This document shows, piece by piece, positions 6,157 through 11,547 of a DNA stretch of 11,547 nucleotides; positions within the stretch are counted from its first letter, which is position 1; every line of letters starts with the position of its first letter. A model generated the notes under the pieces. That model was given only the letters and a program-made list of their open reading frames with translations. It was not told the origin of the DNA and searched no databases. The position numbers and the translations under genes were made by a program. This DNA comes from a virus. Taxonomy: Duplodnaviria > Heunggongvirae > Uroviricota > Caudoviricetes. The DNA lies in IMG/VR virus record IMGVR_UViG_2529292734_000012, one strand, 5' to 3'.

Positions 6157-7559
6157 AACTGGCACCGAACGTAAAACTGTTACCGAAAGATAAACACACT
6201 GAGGCGGTTATTTTTGCGGGTGATAATGCTCACTCCTTTGCAGAACATTACATGATTGCACAGGCCAAAAAAGCAGGCGATCCCATCCCTCCGGTTTACC
6301 TGGGCCGTTATCAGTTAAGCGAACTGGACAATTTACAGATTGTTGATGAAGGACGATACAGAGCAAAGGTCATACGCGCCGGAAACCTGGACGATATGCA
6401 GATGCTGACCATTGCCACCAAACTGGCGATCGCAGGTGTCCGGGAAGCGCGGTTACTTTCAGAGAATTTCGAACTACTGGAGGACTGGAGCGAGCAACTA
6501 CCCCGACTTAAAGAAACCTGGGAACGCGGGGAAAGTCTGGTCATGAATGGCGGAAAGCGAAAAATCACACTTCCCATCTCATGGGGTTCTGAGGGATTCG
6601 ACGCGCAGCAAAGCTACGTAATTAAGGGGCTTATTCCGGCTGAATCATTATGCAGCACCTACGGGGCCAGCGGTTCTTATAAATCGTTCCTGGCTATTTC
6701 CTGGTCGTGTCATGTTGCCACAGGTATAGCATGGGGAGGCCGCAGGGTAAGTAAGGGCGCGGTTATCTATATCGCTGGCGAAGGCAGTATGGGCGTAAAA
6801 CGCCGCGTTAAGGCGTGGGAGATAACCCACGACAAGGTGGTTACGGATTTGTGCATCGTTAACGCGCCTGTCTTCCCTGCATCGCCTGACTATGTGGAGC
6901 AGGTTATCAGGACCGCCGGATTAGTGCAAGACAGAACGGGCGAAAGGGTGCGGATGATTGTCATTGACACACTGGCCCGTTGCTTTGGTGGTCATGATGA
7001 AAATGACTCCCGCGACATGGGGGCGTTTATCCAGGGGTGTGACGCGATAAAGCAGGCCACGGGGGCCACGGTTCTGGTTGTGCATCATTCCGGCAAGGAT
7101 GAGACGAAAGGGGCGCGGGGTTCCAGTGCATTCCGTGCGGCGCTTGATGCTGAGTTCCGAATCAGTCGGGAACATTCAGAGGCTACGGCGCTGGTTGCAG
7201 CATGTACGAAGATGAAGGACGCGGAGGAGCCAAAAGAAAGCGCCTACGACCTTAAGAGCGTGGAGGTATTTACGGATCCTGAGGGTGAAGAAATCGTGTC
7301 CATGGTGGTGATTGACGTTCCCCGCGCCCCTGCTGAACTGGAGCGCATAGAGGAGGCCGGGAACAAGACGGAAAATCACACGGCTTTATGGGGTTGTATC
7401 CGGTCACGTATACAGCATGGTGATAAATGCACGATCCCGCTGCTACGTGATGACATGAAAAAGCTGGGATATGACACAAAACACCTTAAACGATGGTTAG
7501 CCAAACTGGAAAAAGACGGCGTGATTTGCGTCGATGGGGATGATGTTCACCCACTGTAA
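6153..7559 (+). CDS. Replication initiator/helicase-like P-loop ATPase (RepA/AAA_25-like RecA-fold), 468 aa
   Basis: Deviant Walker A GASGSYKS, Walker B-like MIVIDTLARCF, and VLVVHHSGKDETKGARGSSAF typical of RepA/AAA_25-type ATPases. Followed immediately by an iteron array. Confidence 0.75.
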   Translation: MKLAPNVKLLPKDKHTEAVIFAGDNAHSFAEHYMIAQAKKAGDPIPPVYLGRYQLSELDNLQIVDEGRYRAKVIRAGNLDDMQMLTIATKLAIAGVREARLLSENFELLEDWSEQLPRLKETWERGESLVMNGGKRKITLPISWGSEGFDAQQSYVIKGLIPAESLCSTYGASGSYKSFLAISWSCHVATGIAWGGRRVSKGAVIYIAGEGSMGVKRRVKAWEITHDKVVTDLCIVNAPVFPASPDYVEQVIRTAGLVQDRTGERVRMIVIDTLARCFGGHDENDSRDMGAFIQGCDAIKQATGATVLVVHHSGKDETKGARGSSAFRAALDAEFRISREHSEATALVAACTKMKDAEEPKESAYDLKSVEVFTDPEGEEIVSMVVIDVPRAPAELERIEEAGNKTENHTALWGCIRSRIQHGDKCTIPLLRDDMKKLGYDTKHLKRWLAKLEKDGVICVDGDDVHPL

Positions 7560-7760
7560 AAAGTGGGCGTTAAAAGTGGGAATAGTGGGTAATTTAACTG
7601 GAATTTAACAAAATCGCCCACTTTCCCACGTGTATACATCCCAAAAAGTGGGCACTAAAAAAATTCTTATGAAACAGTACGATATAAAACCACAAAATCC
7701 CAGGTGGGACGAAGTGGGAAACCATGAAAAGTGGGTAGAAAAAGTGGGCACAGGTGGGCG
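7550..7760. repeat. Iteron-type origin of replication: at least 9 direct and 3 inverted copies of (A)AAGTGGG flanking an AT-rich core
   Basis: AGTGGG/GGTGGG at 7562, 7575, 7584, 7647, 7704, 7713, 7730, 7743, 7754; inverted CCCACT/TCCCAC at 7550, 7617, 7624. AT-rich AATTTAAC x2 at 7591-7609. Lies directly 3' of the rep ATPase gene. Confidence 0.65.
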
Positions 7761-7761
7761 C

Positions 7762-8013
7762 ATGACCAGAAAAACCAGAGATAAGACAGCACCAAAATAT
7801 CGCGCATTAGACATGACAGAGCACGCCTTAAAGGTGGCAATCAGAACGATAGACCGCCACGCCGGAGAAGGATACGCGAAAGCACATCCCGAACTGATAA
7901 GCGCATTCATGACCACGACGGCGGCAAATTTTGCCACGCTGACAGAGCGGGAGATTGCCGAAGCGGAACAGGTAACAACAATCAACGTTAAAACCGGAGA
8001 GGTGGAATCATGA
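7762..8013 (+). CDS. Hypothetical protein (83 aa)
   Basis: ATG at 7762 preceded by AGGTGGG. The longer frame from 7630 would run through the iterons and is rejected. Stop overlaps the SSB start (ATGA). Confidence 0.45.
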   Translation: MTRKTRDKTAPKYRALDMTEHALKVAIRTIDRHAGEGYAKAHPELISAFMTTTAANFATLTEREIAEAEQVTTINVKTGEVES

Positions 8014-8432
8014 CAGCACAGATAGCGGCTTACGGGCGGCTGGTGGCTGACCCGCAGTTAAAGACCACTAGCAAAGGGACACAAATGGCGATGGCGAGTA
8101 TGGCGGTTCCCCTGCCGTGCAGCCAGGCAGATGACGGAACGGCGACGATGTGGTTATCTGTCCTGGCGTTTGGCAGACAGGCCGACGCACTGGCAAAACA
8201 CCACAAAGGCGAACTGGTGAGCGTGGCGGGTAACATGCAGGTGAGCCAGTGGACAGGCCAGAACGGGGAAACGCGGCAGGGCTGGCAGGTTATTGCAGAC
8301 AGCGTAATCAGTGCGCGAACGGCGCGACCGGGCGGCAAAAAAGGTCAACAGGGCCAGGCTACTGACGCGCTGAACAGGGCAAAACAACAGGCGGGAAATG
8401 ATGATCCGTACGGGGATAACATACCGTTTTAA
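8010..8432 (+). CDS. ssb: Single-stranded DNA-binding protein (SSB-like, 140 aa)
   Basis: OB-fold-like N-terminal region and an acidic C-terminal tail ending DDPYGDNIPF, resembling the SSB DDDIPF tail. GGAGAGGTGG RBS. Confidence 0.7.
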   Translation: MTAQIAAYGRLVADPQLKTTSKGTQMAMASMAVPLPCSQADDGTATMWLSVLAFGRQADALAKHHKGELVSVAGNMQVSQWTGQNGETRQGWQVIADSVISARTARPGGKKGQQGQATDALNRAKQQAGNDDPYGDNIPF

Positions 8433-8445
8433 GCAACGAGTAACA

Positions 8446-8470
8446 GAGGCCGGAGCAATCCGGCTTTTAT
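8446..8470 (+). terminator. Rho-independent terminator ending the replication module
   Basis: GCCGGA-gcaa-TCCGGC hairpin followed by TTTTAT. Confidence 0.6.
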
Positions 8471-8493
8471 CAGTTGAGTCCGTCACACTACGC

Positions 8494-8519
8494 AAAAAAA
8501 AGGCCGGAATATTCCGACC
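8494..8519 (-). terminator. Rho-independent terminator on the minus strand (faces the + terminator)
   Basis: The minus strand reads GGTCGGA-ATAT-TCCGGCC followed by TTTTTTTT. Confidence 0.55.
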
Positions 8520-8704
8520 CTTTCATCACCAAAGAGAATAATTTATGTCTTTGAACTTGTAACGCTGTACAGAATGACACGTAACGCCGGATAAATAAAC
8601 GAAGATTGAAACTTTGCACACTATTGCATAGCAATGCATAAAGATGCCAAACAAGGCAGATGATAAAATTAACGCGACACTTTTACTAAGTATTAAGAGG
8701 TTAT

Positions 8705-9745
8705 ATGAGTGATTTATATTCGCCAGCCATGTTAATACAGGTTGTTAATGCCGAAGATATTCAATGGCAGATTAATTCTTTATTTATAAACCTGTTTTTT
8801 AAGCGAGTCGTTACATTTGAGACGCGGGATATTGCGCTTGATATTATTGACGATCCAGACATCCCGATGGCTGCATTTTGTTCCCCTATGGTTGGTAGTA
8901 AAGTCTCACGCGATGAAGGCTACGAATCAAAAGTAATTCGCCCTGGCTATATGAAGCCAAAAAGTAGTATCGACCCAAATAAAATAGCCGTTCGTCAACC
9001 AGGCGTATCACCTGAACAATTCAATGCATATTCATCACGCAGTTTCAAAATAAAGCGAGCGTTAGTAAGACAAGCGCAGGCAATTCGTGCGCGTATTGAG
9101 TGGCTTGCTGTTCAGGCGGTTACAACGGGGAAAAATATCATTGAAGGCGATGGAATTGAACGTTATGAACTGGACTGGAATATAAAACCACAAAATATTA
9201 TCACGCAGTCCGGCGGCACGGAGTGGAGCGGTAGAGATTTATCAACATTTGATCCAAACGATGACATCGAAGAGTACGCAGAAATCAGCGAAGGTACTAC
9301 AAATATCATCGTAATGGGCCGCAACGTATGGAAAAAATACCGCGCCTTTAAAGCAGTAAAAGATTGCCTTGATACTCGACGGGGATCTAATTCCGTTCTT
9401 GAAACGGCCCTGAAAAATCTTGGGGATTCTGTAAGCTTCAAGGGTTACGTTGGCGATGTTGCTATTGTGGTATATAGCGGACGTTATACCGACGAGGACG
9501 GCAAAGAAAAATATTTCCTTGATCCTGATTTGATGGTGCTTGGCAACACATCATTACAGGGCATCGTTGCCTACGGTGGCATTCAGGATCCTGAGTTAAT
9601 CAGAATGGGGCTGACTAAAGCCGAACTTGCGCCGAAAAATTACATCGTACCAGGTGATCCGGCTATTGAATATGTGCAGACGCACAGCGCACCGCAACCA
9701 ATACCGGCCCGCATCAATCGTTTTGTTACCGTTCGCATTGGTTAA
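8705..9745 (+). CDS. Phage major capsid protein, lambda gpE family (346 aa)
   Basis: Long collinear similarity to lambda gpE as I recall it: ITQSGGTEWS, FKAVK..LDTRRGSNS.LETA, GDVAIVVYSG, MVLGNT, YGGIQD. Similar length (346 vs 341 aa). AAGAGG RBS. Confidence 0.9.
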   Translation: MSDLYSPAMLIQVVNAEDIQWQINSLFINLFFKRVVTFETRDIALDIIDDPDIPMAAFCSPMVGSKVSRDEGYESKVIRPGYMKPKSSIDPNKIAVRQPGVSPEQFNAYSSRSFKIKRALVRQAQAIRARIEWLAVQAVTTGKNIIEGDGIERYELDWNIKPQNIITQSGGTEWSGRDLSTFDPNDDIEEYAEISEGTTNIIVMGRNVWKKYRAFKAVKDCLDTRRGSNSVLETALKNLGDSVSFKGYVGDVAIVVYSGRYTDEDGKEKYFLDPDLMVLGNTSLQGIVAYGGIQDPELIRMGLTKAELAPKNYIVPGDPAIEYVQTHSAPQPIPARINRFVTVRIG

Positions 9746-9754
9746 GGGGGAGCA

Positions 9755-10096
9755 ATGGCTACTCATTACACTGAACTCATGGCTGGCACTGAAGCACTGG
9801 TTACTACGTTGGGGATATTTTCAGCTAATAAAGGGGTAATTCCTGCATTTACGCCACTGATGCAAGAAGATGCAACTGGTGCACTGGTGGTATGGGATGG
9901 AACGAGCGCAGGCAAAGCTGTTTATGTTTCCGCTGTACAAATCGATACAGCGACAAAAACGCAGGCTCAGGTTTATAAAACCGGCGTCTTAAATGTTGAT
10001 GCTCTGAACTGGCCTGAGTCTGTAACACAACTATCAGCAAAAGTTGCTGCGTTTGTTGGCTCAGGTATTTCTGTTCAGCCGCTGGCACGTGTGTGA
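9755..10096 (+). CDS. Head decoration protein, lambda gpD family (113 aa)
   Basis: AFTPLMQEDATGALVVWDGTSAGKAV...YKTGVLNVDALNWPE...AFVGSGISV parallels lambda gpD ([26 protein letters not shown]...YKSGTFRYEDVLWPE...AFAGTAISIV). Confidence 0.85.
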   Translation: MATHYTELMAGTEALVTTLGIFSANKGVIPAFTPLMQEDATGALVVWDGTSAGKAVYVSAVQIDTATKTQAQVYKTGVLNVDALNWPESVTQLSAKVAAFVGSGISVQPLARV

Positions 10097-10105
10097 GGTA
10101 CGAGA

Positions 10106-10423
10106 ATGATTGAAAGAGATAGTCAGCTACGAGAGCTATTAGATATCGATGACAAAATGAGTTTAAGCGAGCGCCTTGTTGATATGGATCAGGTAGTGGA
10201 GCTTACAACCCTTAGCCGTCGCACATTGCTAAACCTTGAGGCTCGCGGAGAGTTCCCCGAACGCGTACAGGTTACGAAAGGGCGCAAGGCATGGTATTTA
10301 AGCGAGGTTGTTGCGTGGATTAACAACATTCCGCGCGCATCAAATTATTGCCTTGTTCCCACCCCGAAAAACCTGATGCGGCGTTATGCCTCAAGATTGA
10401 ACGCGCCAGGCGTAATGCCCTGA
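10106..10423 (+). CDS. HTH DNA-binding protein (AlpA/MerR-like HTH_17 type), 105 aa
   Basis: VVELTTLSRRTLLNLEARGEFPERVQVTKGRKAWYLSEVVAWI resembles the AlpA/excisionase-type HTH. GAGGT RBS. Lies between the decoration gene and cos. Confidence 0.55.
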   Translation: MIERDSQLRELLDIDDKMSLSERLVDMDQVVELTTLSRRTLLNLEARGEFPERVQVTKGRKAWYLSEVVAWINNIPRASNYCLVPTPKNLMRRYASRLNAPGVMP

Positions 10424-10489
10424 AAGGACGCAATAAGTTGATTGGTTGATGAAATTAGGGCCCGTTCTGGCTGGCGGGTCCTTTCCGGC

Positions 10490-10545
10490 GATCCGGCAGG
10501 CTACGGGGCGGCGACCTTGCGGTTTTTCGCTATTTATGAGCTTTT
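10490..10545. other. Lambda-type cos site (cosN cohesive-end sequence GGGCGGCGACCT at 10506-10517, plus start of cosB)
   Basis: ctACGGGGCGGCGACCTtGCGGtTTTTCGCTATTTATGAg matches the lambda left-end/cosN sequence GGGCGGCGACCTCGCGGGTTTTCGCTATTTATGAAAA (from memory) with a few substitutions. Sits about 130 bp upstream of a Nu1-like gene, as in lambda. Confidence 0.7.
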
Positions 10546-10548
10546 TCA

Positions 10549-10577
10549 GGGTGGTGGTGGTGGTTTTGTTGTTTGTT
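10549..10577. repeat. Short simple-sequence repeat (GGT)5 followed by a T/G-rich (TTG)n-like tract inside the cosB-equivalent region
   Basis: GGGTGGTGGTGGTGGTTTTGTTGTTTGTT. Confidence 0.6.
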
Positions 10578-10649
10578 CTATCTCCATGAATGAAAAGGGA
10601 AGATAACACCAACACACCAACCTGAAACCTTAACTAAGTGGGGATATTG

Positions 10650-11192
10650 ATGAAATCGCACCTGATGAACAAAAAAACTATGGCGCAAAGCTGCCGCGTA
10701 AGTGCGACAGCGTTCGACAAGTGGGGAGTGACTCCCGTTGAGCGTAAAGGCCGTGAGGCGTTTTATGATGTTGCTAGCGTGATAGACAATAGGGTTAACA
10801 ATGCAATTAACCAACTTACAAACGACAAAGGCGAGATTGATGATGATGAACTTTTACGCGTAAGAATCAGATTAATGACGGCCCAGGCGGAAGCGCAGGA
10901 ACTTAAAAACGAGCGCGAACGCGGCGAGGTGATTGATACAAAGTTTTGCATCTACGCGATTTCAAAGCTGGCACAACAAATTTCTTCAATCATGGACAGC
11001 CTCCCGCTCACAATGCAAAGGCGCTTTCCCGATATAAGGCCGTATATGCTGGATGAACTAAAAAGGGAAATAGTCAAAGCATGTAACGCATGTGCAAGAC
11101 TTGACGAAAACCTGCCACAGATACTGGCTGATTACCTGATGGAAACTACCGGAAACGTGCCTGAGAAGTTGCTACAGAACAAAGGCGAGTAA
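10650..11192 (+). CDS. Terminase small subunit, lambda Nu1-like (start uncertain: 10638 GTG, 10650 ATG or 10665 ATG)
   Basis: LMTAQAEAQELKNERERGEVIDTKFCIYAISKLAQQISSIMDSLPLTMQRRFPDI parallels lambda Nu1 LTRAQADAQELKNARDSAEVVETAFCTFVLSRIAGEIASILDGLPLSVQRRFPEL. The N-terminal DNA-binding region is more divergent. Confidence 0.8.
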   Translation: MKSHLMNKKTMAQSCRVSATAFDKWGVTPVERKGREAFYDVASVIDNRVNNAINQLTNDKGEIDDDELLRVRIRLMTAQAEAQELKNERERGEVIDTKFCIYAISKLAQQISSIMDSLPLTMQRRFPDIRPYMLDELKREIVKACNACARLDENLPQILADYLMETTGNVPEKLLQNKGE

Positions 11193-11265
11193 CCGCCGCC
11201 CCGTAACGGGCCATAATTCCAGGAAGGACCCGACGACACCAGGCTATCAGAACGATGAGGGCACA

Positions 11266-11547
11266 ATGACTGAAGCCGAACTACTGGGATTAATCCGCCG
11301 CGTCGTCGGAATCAGCCAGCAGCATGACGAACAGGCCACACAGCCGGACAGCGTGACCGCTGAAAATTATGTGCGTGTTGTTGCTGAGGTGATGCGCCGT
11401 GATGGTATTGAGCTTAACGGCGTGGATATGCGCAACATACGAACAAGAGTCCTTGAGTTGCTGGCATACCGTCGCCGTTCTCAACAACGGAGGGAGAGCG
11501 CGAAAAATACTTACCAGTGGAAGAAGCCGGAACGGTTGCGGCGGTAG
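11266..11547 (+). CDS. Hypothetical protein (93 aa), Arg-rich C-terminus; stop codon is the last three bases of the window
   Basis: ATG preceded by GAGGG. Occupies the position where lambda has gene A but shows no resemblance to gpA. Confidence 0.4.
   Translation: MTEAELLGLIRRVVGISQQHDEQATQPDSVTAENYVRVVAEVMRRDGIELNGVDMRNIRTRVLELLAYRRRSQQRRESAKNTYQWKKPERLRR

Noticed and set aside
7630-8013. 127-aa ORF beginning at 7630
   Set aside because: The N-terminal 44 codons are a read-through of the AAGTGGG iteron array. A start at 7762 with an AGGTGG RBS is more plausible.
8636-8660. ATTGCATAGCAATGCAT as a palindromic operator upstream of the capsid gene
   Set aside because: On checking, it is not a true inverted repeat, only two spaced copies of TGCAT with an ATGCAT hexamer. 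Too weak to call.
11266-11547. Possibility that the ORF after the Nu1-like gene is a large terminase (gpA-like)
   Set aside because: Only 93 aa, with an in-frame stop at the window end, and no resemblance to the lambda gpA N-terminus.

Overview
The window opens with the 3' end of a yejM-like inner-membrane protein gene and a tRNA-Pro(GGG) gene (proL-like), followed by about 10 kb of a compact integrative mobile element that runs past the window end. The element reads, all on the + strand: P4-family tyrosine integrase; an orphan small transcription unit; an AlpA-family HTH gene; two small convergent minus-strand genes (one RHH/Arc-like) and a divergent promoter with direct-repeat operators; a run of six small translationally coupled ORFs ending in a RepA/AAA_25-like replication ATPase; an iteron-type origin; a small ORF plus SSB; then a late module with lambda gpE-like major capsid protein, lambda gpD-like decoration protein, a second HTH protein, a lambda-like cos site, a Nu1-like small terminase and a small unknown ORF. 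My reading is that this is a phage satellite (PICI-like) that parasitises lambdoid cos phages while carrying its own capsid shell genes and its own cos/TerS specificity module. That combination, together with the many unassigned small ORFs, is the most interesting content. I found no CRISPR array, rRNA, transposase or recognisable defence-system gene. All protein assignments rest on my reading of the supplied translations and recalled motifs, not on database searches.
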